Of a DNA stretch of 64,000 nucleotides, positions 12,846 to 26,994 are shown in pieces. The translations under genes were made by a program, and so were the position numbers. Each line of letters starts with the position of its first letter. Within the stretch, counting starts at the first letter, position 1. The stretch is from Octopus sinensis (Eukaryota): positions 10,726,001-10,790,000 of the forward strand of contig NC_043001.1 in the NCBI RefSeq assembly GCF_006345805.1. Direction: 5' to 3'. Under the pieces are notes generated by a model. That model was not told the origin of the DNA and did no database searches. It saw only the letters and a list, made by a program, of their open reading frames with translations.

Positions 12846-12867
12846 CTGTCTCTTTTCATCCTTGTTT

Positions 12868-13104
12868 TCGTTTACTCGCTTCGATCATTGGGCCACGGCC
12901 ATGCTGGGGCACCACCTTGAAGGGTTTCGTCGAATGAATCGCTCCTAGTATATATATTTTTTTATTTTTGAGCCTGATACTTTATTTATCGGTCTTTTTT
13001 GCTGGACTGCTAAGTTACGGGGACGTAAACCCACCAGCATCGGTTGTGAAGCGATGCTGGGGGACAAACACAGACAGACAAACATACACACACGTACACA
13101 CACA

Positions 13105-13170
<66 letters not shown>
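12868..13170 (-). mobile_element. Family A SINE 3' half plus (CA)n
   Basis: GGCCATGCTGGGGCACC..AAGTTACGGGGACGTAAAC..GGGGACAAACACAGAC. Confidence 0.8.
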
Positions 13171-13185
<15 letters not shown>

Positions 13186-13295
13186 TAAGAACAATCTTAC
13201 TTAGAAATGGATGCGTGCGTCCAATAAATAAATAAAACATGTGCATATATACATACATATATGTACGTACCTACCTCTACATGTATATTTCTCTA

Positions 13296-13655
13296 TAATA
13301 CTGAAATAGTGGAGAAGATATGATATTGCTATGGGCTCGCCCTAGGCAAGAAGTTGAACATTTTTGGCCCATGAAATTACATGGACCCTAAGTAAGGCAT
13401 GTGTAAAATTTGAATGAAATTGGTTGTGTAGTTCTCAAGTTTTAGGGAATCGTAGTGGAGAAGATATGATATTGCTGTGGGCTCACCCTAGGCAAAAAGT
13501 TTAAAAAAATTTTTGCCGATGACACTCCCCGGACCCTAAGTAAAGCATGTGTAAAATTTGAATGAAATTGGTTGTGTAGTTCTCAAGTTTTAGGGAAACA
13601 CACAGACAGACAGACAGACAGACACACATTCTCAGTTTCATATATATATAAAGAT
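13296..13655 (+). mobile_element. Second Helentron-like family, with an internal ~150-bp tandem duplication
   Basis: AGTGGAGAAGATATGATATTGCT..GTTCTCAAGTTTTAGGGAA occurs twice; (GACA)n and TATATAAAGAT end; reverse copy at 27365-27570. Confidence 0.6.
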
Positions 13656-13664
13656 TATATGACG

Positions 13665-14420
13665 GAACGCATACATCCATTTCTAAGTAAGATTGTTCTT
13701 AATATTAATAAAGATGCGCACTCTTAACCTTTCTCTCCCCTCCCTTTCTCAGCCTTCATTCTTTTGGCTTTCCTTTTCTTCTACCTTACTGTCTCTCCCT
13801 CCCTCTCTCTCTCTCTCATTCTTCATTCCTTTCTCTACAACCATTCCCTTTTTTCTCTCCCTTTCTCTTACTCCTCCTCCTCTCTCCCGTCGCGGACACG
13901 TGATGAGAAGGCTACTACTGTTTTTCTTCTCCTGGCTACCTTCAAGTAGATACGGCACATCTGTTGCTCCTTCGCCGTTCTCAAAAAATAGCGTTCGTAA
14001 AAAATTTAATCTCGTTCGGCTTAACAGCCCTTCTTGTTAGTGTTACTGTTATTCTCCGTCCTGTCTTTTACTGTTTATATTTTGTACTGTCGTTACTGTC
14101 CTGTTTTTGTTACCATTTTTACTCCTCCGCAAAAAAATCTCAAATTAAAGTCATGTATCACCTTGACCTTCGAAACGTGAAGTAGATGAAACAAAGGCGA
14201 CTGAAGAAGGGGAATTTTCCTTGTTTTGTATGTCTGTACTCTATTTTTTCGTTGTTTAAGAAAAATGTCCATTTCCTTGGTTTTGTGTTTATGTTTTCGT
14301 TTCTCATTGTGTTCAACGTTATTTTGGTGTCCTGTACCCATATATGCATGTATATATATACATGTAGAGGTAGGTACGTACATATATGTATGTATATATG
14401 CATATGTTTTATTTATTTAT
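13665..14420 (+). mobile_element. Family D element (~750 bp), probably Penelope-derived
   Basis: Colinear with 43345-44220; an inverted piece of its own tail lies upstream at ~13225-13290, as expected of a partial inverted pLTR. Confidence 0.6.
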
Positions 14421-14480
14421 TAATTTATTATATCTATCTATCTATCTATCTATCTATATCTATATATATATATATACACA

Positions 14481-14628
14481 CTATGGGCTTCTTTCAGTTT
14501 CCGTCAGCCAAATCCACTTACAAGGCTTTGGTCGGCCCGAGGCTAGAGTAGAAGATACTTGCTGAAGGTGCCACGCAGTAGGACTGAACCCGGAACCATG
14601 TGGTTGAGAAATAAAGACCTTACCACTG
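14481..14628 (-). mobile_element. Family A SINE 5' half
   Basis: GGGCTTCTTTCAGTTTCCGT..GACTGAACCCGGAACCATGTGG. Confidence 0.85.
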
Positions 14629-15169
14629 CCAAACGAAAATGAGCTATAAACAACTACTGAAAGTGGCCAGTGGTTAGTATGATTCTTTCTATTACAAGCT
14701 GAAAATCTTTATAAGTCGTAGCTGCGTGTTTCATGTTTCTGATCTTCAGACGAATAAACAAATTGAACGTTTGCAATAAGGCAATTATTCAAAACAAATA
14801 TTGAACATTGACTGGATGGGATTTATAGAGAGCTTTGTACACAGGCGATAATGGTAGATGAATCATAGAGACCTTCAAGTAAATATAAAATCTGAAGGAA
14901 TCGTCATAAAGTAAAATAAACAAAAAAATAATTTGAAATGTGGATGAGAATTACGATGAAGAGGGAGGAGGAGGACGGGGAGAAGAATGAGAAAATAAGG
15001 ATGAATAAAAGAATAAGGAAGAACATCGGGGGTGGGAAGGAGGTAGACCGGATAAAATAAAATTTATAAAAATAGTGAATGTTAGGGAAACGTCAAAAAG
15101 GACCCGGATGTGTTTTAAAATAAAATGAGTCAGTAAGAAGAGGAAATCGATATGATGCAGCCCTTATCC

Positions 15170-15292
<123 letters not shown>

Positions 15293-15344
15293 TATATATA
15301 TGTATGTTATGCATAATCATGTATATATATATATATGTATATAT

Positions 15345-17000
15345 ATATTACTCTTTTACTCTTTTACTTGTTTCAGCCATCCGGCTGAGGCCATGCTGGG
15401 GCACCGCCCTTGTTGCTACCCTCTCTAAGTCCAGTTTGCCGTGGCTGGCCACTGATCTAAGAGAGAGTTTGTAGCTCTGCTGCCCTTAGGTTACCCTCGT
15501 ACCTTGCAGTGGGTTCATCGGGATCCCGGAAAGCAGCTTGTCTAGATGTTTTTTGAAAATGTCCACATCCGCATCATGCAGATCTCTTAGTTTCTTGGCA
15601 GTTGTTGAAAAGCTGAGGGCCCCTGAACCCCAGGCTATTACAGTATATGCTCCTACCCTGGATGTGGAAGACGGGACCTTTGGCACCACACAGTGAGTCC
15701 TGTACGGGGATTGGAACAGCTCTCAATTCCAAAATTTGTGCTAGTCCCTCCAGGATTTTCCATATATGTATATCACTGCATATCTCTCTCGTCTTCGTTC
15801 CAAGGAGTACAAATTGAGTTCCCTAAGCCTCTCCCATAGTTCTTTTCTTTCATGGTGGAAATCCTCTTGGGGTGAAATGTCTTTGGATTGTCTCAAGCTC
15901 TGTGGTTAGTTGACACTATGCGGTGACCACAGTTGGGAGCAGTAGTCCAGGCGGCTTAGGACAAATGTCTCCATAGTGTCAACATGGTCTCGCAGTCTCT
16001 TGTCCGGAATGTCCTCAGGATCCAGCCAGTGAGTCGTCTGCACATTGTCGCCACCTTCGCGATTCGGATGTGTGAAGAAAAAGATGCATCGTCACTCATG
16101 TCTATCCCAGGTCCCGTATTGATTTCGATACTGGGATTTCGATCCCTCCTGGACCAGTATAGTTGTGTTGAATGTATTATGTGTTTACAGCTTGATATTT
16201 GTAAGGCTTGAAATTTACCAGCATTAAATTGCATGTTGTTGTCTTCAGCCCATTTGTATATGGCATCCAGATCTTGTTGTAAAAGGTCAGCATCAGCTGG
16301 GTTTTTGATTGCTGTGCTACTTTGTGTCATCAGCATAGCTAGTGAGGGATGGTGTTTGTGCTACCAGGGCATGTCCAGAGAGCGCCACCAAAAACAGCAA
16401 GGGTCCCAAGACTGTGCCCTGCGGGCACCCCGCTTGCTATTGTTGTCTTTCCCGAGAGGGCTCCATTGGCTGCAACCATCTGGCTTCTGTCCTCAGGAAG
16501 TCATGTATCACTCACCTCCTTTTCCTGTTATGCCGAGTCTGAGTAATTGTGACATATCACTCCGTGGTCGACTTGTCAAAGGCCTTCGCAAAGTCGAGAT
16601 ATACCACATCCACCTGTGAGCGATCCAGTAGTTGTTTCAGTACCCAGTCGTGTTGTAACAGCTGCGTAAGGCAGCTTCTCCCTGGGCGAAAGCCATGCTG
16701 TGTGTCAGTGAGACGGTAGTTTCTTCGAGGAACGTGATCAGTTTTTTTTCTGATGATTCGTTCCATGACCTTACTTATGTGTGACGTCAGGGAGACTGGC
16801 CTTAGTTTTTGGCCTCTGCTCTACTCCCTCCTTTGTGGATAGGGCATATGGTGCCTTCTTTTAGCGCCCTGGGCAGTTTACCGTTAGCCAAGGAACCACT
16901 GAAGAGCTTCTTCAGTGTCCCGCTAGGGCATGCCTGCATGTTTTTAGGAGGACTGCTGGGAATCCATCTGGTCCAGCAGCTGAGTTTATTCTCATTTCTT
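15345..17000 (-). mobile_element. 5'-truncated, frameshifted CR1-group LINE (reverse transcriptase plus 3' tail)
   Basis: Minus-strand peptides QHGFRPGRSCLTQLL, YLDFAKAFDK, GVPQGTVLGPLLF, YADDT, MQFNAGKF, GWILRTFRTRD; 3' tail GGCGGTGCCCCAGCATGGCCTCAGCCGGATGGCTGAAACAAGTAAAAGAG. Confidence 0.92.
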
Positions 17001-17246
17001 CTATGGCAGATATTACATCCCTCTCTGTTATGTCTATGTATATGTATGTACATGCATATGTACGTAGGCATGTGTATGCATATAAATACATAAATTATTA
17101 TTTAAGAAAAATGTGCACGGAAAAGATACATGTACATACATACACACACACATATATATATATATATAAATTGTATAGACGCATATATGTTTATATACAC
17201 AAATCACGCGCGGTCACACATATAAGGATAGCCCATTAATGCAGGG

Positions 17247-17277
<31 letters not shown>

Positions 17278-18752
17278 GTGCATACATACATACATACATA
17301 CATACATACATACATACATACATACATACATACATACATACATACATACATACATACATACACAGAAGTAGAACAATATGAACACTTCATTGCATGCTTG
17401 TGTACTCACACATGCACGAGTATATATACATAACGCACACACATGCGTATCAATTACAAATTCTTTATTCATTTGCCTAGGATTCTTCAGAATTGAAATT
17501 CCAGAATGAGTGTATGACATCACTTTTAATAAAACCTCATCCTCAATATCGGAAAGTCAAATAATCAGGTTTCAGAGCAGATCTACAATGTAAACGCTTC
17601 CAGTAGGTGTAGAAGGAATAATAAAAGTATTGCGAATTGTATGCACTTCTGGACTATCGATGGTAATTGCTAACCAAAGTGAAAGTATACTGTGCGAATA
17701 TAGCAACCGAAAACAGATTAACCGAAAGTATATTTAAAATACGACTCTATATGCACAAGAATTCATTTAAGTATCCCAAAACAGGTTTCTCCCGAGTCTA
17801 TCAAAGTATATCTGGTGTTTAAAGGAATCCAGTCCAGTTGTCTATAAAATACTTTAAATATTTTAGAAAACGCGAGTTTGTATAAACACGGCTTTTAATG
17901 CACATCAGATAAATGTCAGTGATGTTTGGTAATAAATTTTTTCTTGCGTTTTATCCTTAAATTACCTTTGAACCAGAGACAGAAATTACTAAATGCCACG
18001 GACATATTTTGAAATATAATGCTTTAATAGGTTAAGTATTGTAAACTTTTTCAGCTCTCAGTAAAATAAACCGTCAACCATTTTGAGAGTTTAAGAGATG
18101 AACGTGTTTTCTATTTTCTAACTGCTTTTTCAATACTTAAACTCGATAAAAACGTTTTCTGATTCTTTTGCAACAATTTTTTTCACTTCATATTCTTCTC
18201 CTATTAAACTATTTAAAAAAACAACCTATTAACTCATAGTTTTCTAAAATTACGCAATTTCTGTTTTCCCTGTGTAACTCTCTTAAAACCTGCTGTCAAG
18301 TCCTTCTGTTCTATCACTCCGGCTAACGTCAAACAACTCTCATTGTGTCCACGATCGTTTTATAGAACTGTATTTTAAATCAGATTACTTTTGCTAACTT
18401 TTTATATTTTCCCTCTTACAACAGCTCTATTTCGTTCTACATTATTTATGCTGTGAACGCCGCCTTTCATGATGGCACTTTTACGACTCGGTCATCTTTG
18501 TCATATGTTGTCTGTCAGTGGGTTTATATGCCGTGTTATACATTTTCTGTGTTTATGTGATTACTCACTGTCCATGATTTTTACGTCAATGGGTACTTGT
18601 GTATATAGTACCTCCGTGGTTGCGTGTGTTTATGTATAGATATGTTCCTGTATGTATATATAAATAAAAATATATATGTATATATAATATACATATATAT
18701 GTATATATATATATGTATATATATATAAATATATATGTATATATATGTATAG

Positions 18753-18786
<34 letters not shown>

Positions 18787-18789
18787 GTA

Positions 18790-18827
<38 letters not shown>

Positions 18828-18940
18828 TATATATATATTTCAACAATTGAGGGCAAAATTAATTAATTATTAATCAATTTCACCAAGTGTTCAGTATGCA
18901 AAAGGGACCATTCAAGGCGAATTCAAATTATTACATTATA

Positions 18941-19372
18941 TAAAAGGGCTTAGTAAATAAATTACTTTGCCGCATACTGAACTCATTAGAAATAGCAGCT
19001 AAAAAACTTTTTAAAGTTATTTCTAATACTTAAAGAAAATCTCTCTCAATATAGTGTTTGCTTAATTCAACTCACAAAAGTTTGGGGTAAGGACATCGAA
19101 AAATCAAATGCTAAGGTTATTTGAGAACGTACGTTTCAAGATTAGTCAAAACAAAAACACTTCTATCATCAGCTCAGAAATTCCTTGGTTTGGATTTGGA
19201 AACACTGAAAATAAGAACATACCCTTTCGAAGATCTGCTCGTAACTAACAGTGCCAACAAATTCAAATAAGCAAGCGAAGAATCTCTGTTCTCCCTTTCC
19301 ACCAGTTTTTTAGCTGCTATTTCTAATGAGTTCAGTATGCGGCAAAGTAATTTATTTTACTAAGCCCTTTTA
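18941..19372. mobile_element. TA-flanked MITE with ~68-bp TIRs
   Basis: TAAAAGGGCTTAG..GCCGCATACTGAACTCATTAGAAATAGCAGCTAAAAAACT (18941-19008) is inverted at 19304-19372. Confidence 0.88.
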
Positions 19373-19686
19373 TATAATATATATTATATATATATACTAT
19401 ATATATATATATATATATAGTATATATATTTGCGCTTATGTGTGCATGCGTGTGATGCGTGTATGTATATATACATATTATCTATCTACCTATATATGTG
19501 TGTGTGTGTGTGTATCTGTGCGTGTGTATGTGTGGATGCAGTTATATACCTAGTCCACTGTATATAGAAATATGTGTACAGAAACATGCGTATATGTGTT
19601 CATATATATGTAGATATATAAATAAATACACACACACACACACAGACATATATAAATATATAAGAAAATATGCTCATATATAAATA

Positions 19687-19745
19687 ACGGCGGTGCATCA
19701 GCATGGCCGCAGCTCTGAGCTGAAACTAGAGAGATAAAAAAAAAA
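19687..19745 (+). mobile_element. Isolated LINE 3' tail (extreme 5' truncation)
   Basis: GGCGGTGCATCAGCATGGCCGCAGCTCTGAGCTGAAACTAG, closest to the tail of the LINE at 37466-37510. Confidence 0.7.
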
Positions 19746-20094
19746 TATATATATATAATGCACACACACATGCATGTTCGTGTGTGCTTGCATAAATGTG
19801 TATATATGCATATATATATATCTACATTTACATACACATACATACATACACTGATACACAAATATATAAATATGTGCTTATACGTATATATATATATATA
19901 TAATATATAAACATTTGCCTATGCATATATTCACACATATATCGACATACAAACCTCATATCGATCATTTTATTCTGAACTCATTTTTATTTCACTGCGG
20001 ATCCATGTCATTTTTTGAAGTCTTCTTCTTGCACCGTTTTATCCATTCATTTATTTATTCATTTATATATATATTTATTTATTCTTGCTCTTAA

Positions 20095-20170
20095 TTATTG
20101 TTGTTGTTGTTGTTATTATATTATTATTATTATTATTATTATTATTACAATTATTATTATTATTATCATA

Positions 20171-20202
<32 letters not shown>

Positions 20203-20490
20203 AATTATTATTATTATTATTATCATTATTATTATTATTATTATTACAATTATTATTACTATTATTGTTATTATTATTATTATTATTATTACTATTATTA
20301 TTATTATTATTATCATTATTATTATTATTATTACTATTATTGTTATTATTATTATTATTATTAATATTATTATTATTATTATGTTAATATTATTATTATT
20401 ATTATTATTATTATCATTATTATTATTGTTATTATTAGTATTGTTATTATTATTATTATTAATATTATTATTATTATTATTATTATCATA
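20095..20490. repeat. (TTA)n microsatellite
   Basis: Direct reading. Confidence 0.95.
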
Positions 20491-20642
20491 ATTTATTCAT
20501 ACGTTTTTTTCTTTGTTCATATTCTCTTCGACCATGTCCATAACATGGCCGACGTTGTTGCCGTAAATGTTGTGCCTGTTATTCCTGTAACCATTCTTCT
20601 TTAGCTGTGGTTGATTATCTCGTTGTTCATGTTTCAACGTTT

Positions 20643-20682
<40 letters not shown>

Positions 20683-21050
20683 CTGTTGATCTTGCTTTTG
20701 TCTACGACGTCGTCATCATTGCTTTCTTCTTCATTTCTTCTTCTTCTTTCAGATTTTCCCTCCCTCTTTCACCGCCTATGCTTCAGTTCACACATACACA
20801 CACACACATGCATGTGTGTACGGTCTTGCTTATATATATTTTTAACGGCTCTACGATTTATCTCATAAGATCCTTTGTTTCCGAAGCTGTGGGCAAGCTT
20901 CATTAAATCCGTGTTCGATGTTCGTTTTGATTTGTTGTGCTTAAAATATCTTACGCATGATCAGTCTACTTCGATTTTCAACCGAAGATCGGAAACGTGA
21001 AACTCGAAGTAACCATACTTCCCGCGCACTAGTGTGCATGTACAGATGGA

Positions 21051-21172
<122 letters not shown>

Positions 21173-21403
21173 ATACACATATACATACATGCATGCATAC
21201 ATACATGCATACATGCATACATACATACATACAGACACACATATATATAGATACACACATACATATATATGTGTGAGTGTGTGTGTATAAATATGTATAT
21301 AAATTGGTGTATACACACACATGCATATATATATACACATATATATTCATTATTTATGTATATGCATATAATTATGAAATTGTATATAATCAGCATACAT
21401 ACA

Positions 21404-21448
<45 letters not shown>

Positions 21449-21614
21449 TATATCTGTATGTATGTATATATATACATATATATATATACAATTATAAATT
21501 ATATGTATGCATATATCATATATAAATAAATATATATGAAGATGTATATATATGTATATATATATTTCTGGTGTATGTATCTATGTGTATATATAAATGT
21601 ATGATATATATATA

Positions 21615-21654
<40 letters not shown>

Positions 21655-21702
21655 CAGATAGACACAACACACACATACACACACACACACATACTATATA
21701 TA

Positions 21703-21734
<32 letters not shown>

Positions 21735-22287
21735 CAATATAAACTCGTACACACACATACATATATATATGTATACATACGTTCATACGTATGTGTGTTA
21801 AATCATTTATGTTGCTTCCATCCTGAATAGGTCTTAGGTATGATAAGACGAAAATGTTCTTTGTGTTGGTTATTTCTTTAATAGCCAGCGAGTTTCCCGT
21901 TGCTTCTTTTTTGGTCTCGGTCTTATTGTCATCTCCAGCCATGTTAATTGAGAGAAGACACAAAGGACCTGAATGAAAGGTTTCTGATTCACAATGTGAA
22001 AAGGAACAACCAGTTAAAGTACATGGATGGGAAACGTGACTTGAATGTAAGAAAAACTATTTAGCAAGACGTGATGTATGTTGGGCCTTCGATAGCTATG
22101 CTTGTGTAGTATATATATCTGTGTATGTGGGTGTATGTCTGTGGCCTGAGAGTGCGTATGTGTGTGTGTGTGTTTATGGAAATAATTGCATTATGTGTAT
22201 ACACACTTTATTCATAAACTAATATCAACCAATTTGTTGTAGTAAGAGCATCTGGTTTATTCGTGTAAGTATATATATATATATATT

Positions 22288-22362
<75 letters not shown>

Positions 22363-22745
22363 TTATATATATGTATATATATTTGTATAAATATGTATGT
22401 ATATATATATATATATATATAATCAACATACGAACACACACATGTTTGCGTACATATTTACATGCTTGTTCCTGTGTATGTATTCATATTAAATATCTGT
22501 GCCATCTTTTATACGTGTGCGATTGAATATTTGCATTTTAATATATTCATATATTATGGTGTGTGTGCGTATATATATATGGATATATACCCTATATATG
22601 TATATATATATATATATATTATATATATATATATATATAACATATACAACATATAAATATATATATATATATATACATGTATCTATTTGTCAATCTACCT
22701 ATGTATTTTTCTATCTATCTATCTGTCTGTCTATCTACCTATCTG

Positions 22746-22785
<40 letters not shown>

Positions 22786-22786
22786 A

Positions 22787-22821
<35 letters not shown>

Positions 22822-23216
22822 ATCTATATATATATAAAAATATATATATGACGTGTGTGTATATTAATGTTCGTGCGTGTTTGTATGTTTGACAGTTTAT
22901 GAGGAACCCCAAAAATTCCGGAACCCCAAAAGGATGAAGCAGATTAAGTCCGATAAAAACCCCAGTACATTGAAAAGGTTATAGAATCAAAGGTACCGCC
23001 GCCACCACGTCCTCGAAACATATGGTAGCAAGCTCTTCGGTGTCAGGCCGTATCCATCCTTTCTCTACGATGAAATGTGGGGTAGTTTATAAAGGTAGAA
23101 TGAATCCAGCAACTTTCAGGCCGATATTTAGGCAGCAGGAGTGCAGAGAGGTAGAGAAGCAGAGATGCATAATGTATGGGATACGACGAAATCCTTTATG
23201 GTTCCGTTTATTGCTT

Positions 23217-23606
23217 TACTAGCAGTATCGCCCGGCGTTGCTCGGGTTTGTTCCGACCCTTTAGAATTGGAATTTTTGAAAAGTAAAAAGTTTGCGGTAT
23301 GTAGCTTTTTATTCTCTTTAAGTGAACATTTTTCTGGTTGAAATGCATCTAAAAATGGCGACATAGCTGTAAAACATCGTAAAAAATAGGGATTTTCATA
23401 GAAAAAAAGCACCGTTTTGATGTAAATAATTTTTGGTCTTAACATGGTCCGATTTAAATTTTCTTTTCTACGGAAGGAAGAGCAAGCCTTCTTCTATCAT
23501 ACTCTCAATTTTGGTCAACTTGCGCAGCAGGGTCTCGGAGGAGATAGTGTTAGTTGAAGGCTACCAAACCTGCCATACACAGACAACTTCAGCTTTATGT
23601 ATAGAG
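23217..23606 (+). mobile_element. Helentron/DINE-1-like element (same family as 11074-11468)
   Basis: End-to-end colinear with 11074-11468. Confidence 0.6.
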
Positions 23607-23689
23607 AGAGATTGCAGCAGTCAAATCATTGAACGTCACTGCTCTAATGTAATGACATTAATCTCGAACGTTGTAAGGCTGGAATGAAC

Positions 23690-24800
23690 AGCTTAGCCAT
23701 TGTGTTTAGCAGCATAAATGTGGAAGGAATTTTATGAAATCTTCAGTCATCTTGATGAACTTGATGCCATCGGAACTGAAAAACAGAAAATCTACTCCAT
23801 GCAGGTCAATCTACTCCATTCAGGTCAAGGTCAAGTTTAAAGAACTGGGTCAATCCATATCGAAAAGCACCAAATTGACTTGAGTAACTCGATCGCTGTT
23901 ACAACACAGCTTCAAAAGAAATGTTGGGGCACGGTATGAGGAGCTGCTCAATGGAGTTTTGGATATGTCATTGGATTTTGAGACTACATACATGGAACGT
24001 CTGTGGTATGTCCTCAAAATATGAGCCCCTCCCACAAACTCCGTGAATGTCCGCTGCCTGTCTCAGAAGAGGATGATAAGCTGAGTTGTTTCTGAAGATT
24101 ACAAATCTGAGCTCGCCAAAGAAAAGCCTCCGGTCAGCTGCTCCTGCATTGATCATCCTTGTCATCACGTGATTTTGGTGTCATATAAAAGGATGGGAAA
24201 TGAATCGGGAGTCATAATTGAATTCTGCGTCAAGGTAAACTCCTCAACATCAAATGACTGCACTCTACCATGAAGCTCAGATATTTTTTATTTGCAGACT
24301 AAAAACTGCGATGGGATATTTTTCAAGAGAGGGCGCTTGCGTCCTTTTCGAAAAGGAGCATTTCAAAACAACTTTATACCAGAATCCTTATCTAAGGACA
24401 TTTGTGTCTCCATTTTGCTTAGGCGCAAGAGATGCATCACATTCAGCAGTTTATTTAGATCTTTGAGGCCTGTAAGGTCCAGTGCCAGCGGAAAATACTT
24501 TGGACAAACAGAATCACGGTCACCAAAGTTCCATTGTCGAACCAACACTTTCAGCATTGCATCTACACACCACAGAAGTATCAGCTGAGATGGTTCGGAC
24601 TCAAAGGGCACACGTCTGATTTGTATTTCTCCAGTCAGCTACAAGTTGGTTATTTTCTACTTGGAGAACAAAAGAAGCAGACGTAAGACCAGCTGAAAAC
24701 CATTTTGAAGAGAAACAAGATCGACCCTTCATAGATGCAAGAGGTTGCTGTCGCCGCTCATTTTGGGGTCTCAGCTTTCGAGAGGGATTAATTATGTAGA
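23690..24800 (+). pseudogene. Heavily decayed RTE-clade LINE RT fragment
   Basis: Frame-hopping remnants FSSINVEGIL, LHAG..QVKFK, SNDCTL, EACKVQCQRKILWTNRITVTKV, LRWFG, SQLQVG..GEQKK, DQLKTILKRNKIDPS follow the order of the RTE C-terminus. Confidence 0.65.
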
Positions 24801-25144
24801 AGGGAAATTTATTGAGTGCAACACAAAAAAAGGAGAAAAAACATGAATCCAGAGTTACAAGCAGTTTCTTCTCCCGAACATATACGAATTCAATATGCGA
24901 TCGAAGATCTGCATTGAGGATTGGAATGTTTAGTGATTCAAGAATCCACAAAAAACAAAATGATTATTAATTGATTAATCTTCAGAAATCGATCAGTTTA
25001 ATTTAAAATTGTAGATATATATATATGTATATATAGATTCACAAAAAAAAACATCTGTACATTCATATATATATATATATATGTATATACATTCAGACAT
25101 AAATATACATGTCTATATTACGTATGCCTATATATATGTATATG

Positions 25145-25288
25145 AAAATAAGCAACAAGAGTATTCAAGGTAGTGTAGCACAATCGTTTCATGCTACTTC
25201 ATTTTATTAAACACTGTAAGTATTACTAAAATGAAGTAGCATGAAACGATTGTACTACACAACCTTGGATATCCTTGTTGCTTATTTT
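25145..25288. repeat. ~60-bp inverted repeat containing a hammerhead remnant
   Basis: Arms 25145-25206 / 25227-25288; TAGCAT-GAAA-CGATTG-TA in the right arm. Confidence 0.6.
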
Positions 25289-25384
25289 GATTATAATCAC
25301 CCCATTTGATTTATATGGATGATACCATACAAAATTCTGGTGCCTTTAACTTAAGTACCATATTCATCTGAATCTAAATTTTGC

Positions 25385-25660
25385 TGAGTGTTTATTGAGC
25401 GAAAACACCTAAAGCTCAACGAGGCTCCGGCAAGGGGTTGTCGCCGAACCCTGCTGTGCGCTTTCACCACAACTTTTTCTCACTATATCTTCCTGTTTCT
25501 GTTGTACCTGTATTTTAAAGGGCCAGCCTTGTCACACTCTTTGTCACGCTGAATCTCCCCGAGAACTACGTTAAGGTACACGCGTTAATTTCACGAGCAC
25601 GCTGTTCCGTTGATTGGAACAAGTGGAACCCTCGTCGTCGCAACCGACGGTGTGCCACAA
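25385..25660 (+). mobile_element. Family B SINE, 5'-truncated
   Basis: TGAGTGTTTATTGAGCGAAAACACC..GGAACCCTCGTCGTCGCAACCGACGG. Confidence 0.85.
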
Positions 25661-25666
25661 ATATCC

Positions 25667-25819
<153 letters not shown>

Positions 25820-26994
25820 AAATTAGAGAATGGAGAAACATACTTAAATCAATAAAACATCAACTATCCGATGATACCCAATCAATACTTTAATACACCA
25901 TTACATATGAGTAAAGGCATTATACAAAATGAGATATACAGTAATAGTAAAAAGATAAAGAGATATAAGTAAAAAATTTCAAATATAATATGCAATTAAA
26001 TCAAAACTGACAGCTGTTTCGGCAGTGAGGGCAGTCATACCTCATTTTATCCCATGGTGGGTTGAATTTTCAACCCCTATCTCATTTTATAACCTATATA
26101 TATATATATATATTTATGCATACATACACACGCACACACGCATATATACATATACATATATATATATGACAACAAATAATAAACCAAATGAGCTGTGTAT
26201 CTAAATTGCTAATTGCAAGCTTCATTAGCACCGACATACTGTCCACACACAATATTTTTCTGTTTGTGTTTCTCATTCTCTCCATCTCCCACTCTCTCTT
26301 TCTTACTCTTTCTTCTCTACAAACGCTTTCCCTCCATATTTCCCTATTGTGTTCCAGCCCCAAGATTTCCAGCCTCTTTCTCAACATCCAGTTCTGGATG
26401 TTGCGCAACGACTCCCTTTCATAATCTTTCTCCCGGTGAGAGTCTCTCCATTCATAACCACAATCACAGGACACTAGGGTGTTATTACGTCACATCCTCA
26501 GCTTACACGACCGAGCCTCTTCATTTCTCACCTTTTAACAATTGAGAGAAATATTCTGTAGTTCGGTGTCTTCGCAACAATGGCGTTCTTCACACTTGCT
26601 ACAGTTCAGTATTCTGTATATGAAACGTGAAGATATTTCTGTACACATAACATTACAAAGGCCACGATCTCTTTCCTCACTTTCAACATCTGACGTTCAT
26701 TATTCGCACCTGCCGAGTGTAGTTCAAATTAATATCATTCTTAATTGTATACAAGGAAATAAATTATTTCATTAAGCCTTGACAGAGTCAATGCTGATCG
26801 TTAAGACGTTCGCTTGGTGTCTATCTGGTTCCGAGTTCAATCCTACTATGACACCTTTGGCGAATGTGTTGTATCAAAGCTATGAAAACTATACAGAACA
26901 CGCAAGGTATACATACACACACACACATACACACACACACAAACATATATACATATAGATGTATGTATGTATGTATGTATGTATGTATGTATGT

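Noticed and set aside
20015-20491. Poly-Ile/Leu/Tyr ORFs resembling membrane proteins
   Set aside because: (TTA)n microsatellite
24363-24951. Protein-like minus-strand ORFs
   Set aside because: Antisense to a decayed RTE reverse transcriptase on the plus strand
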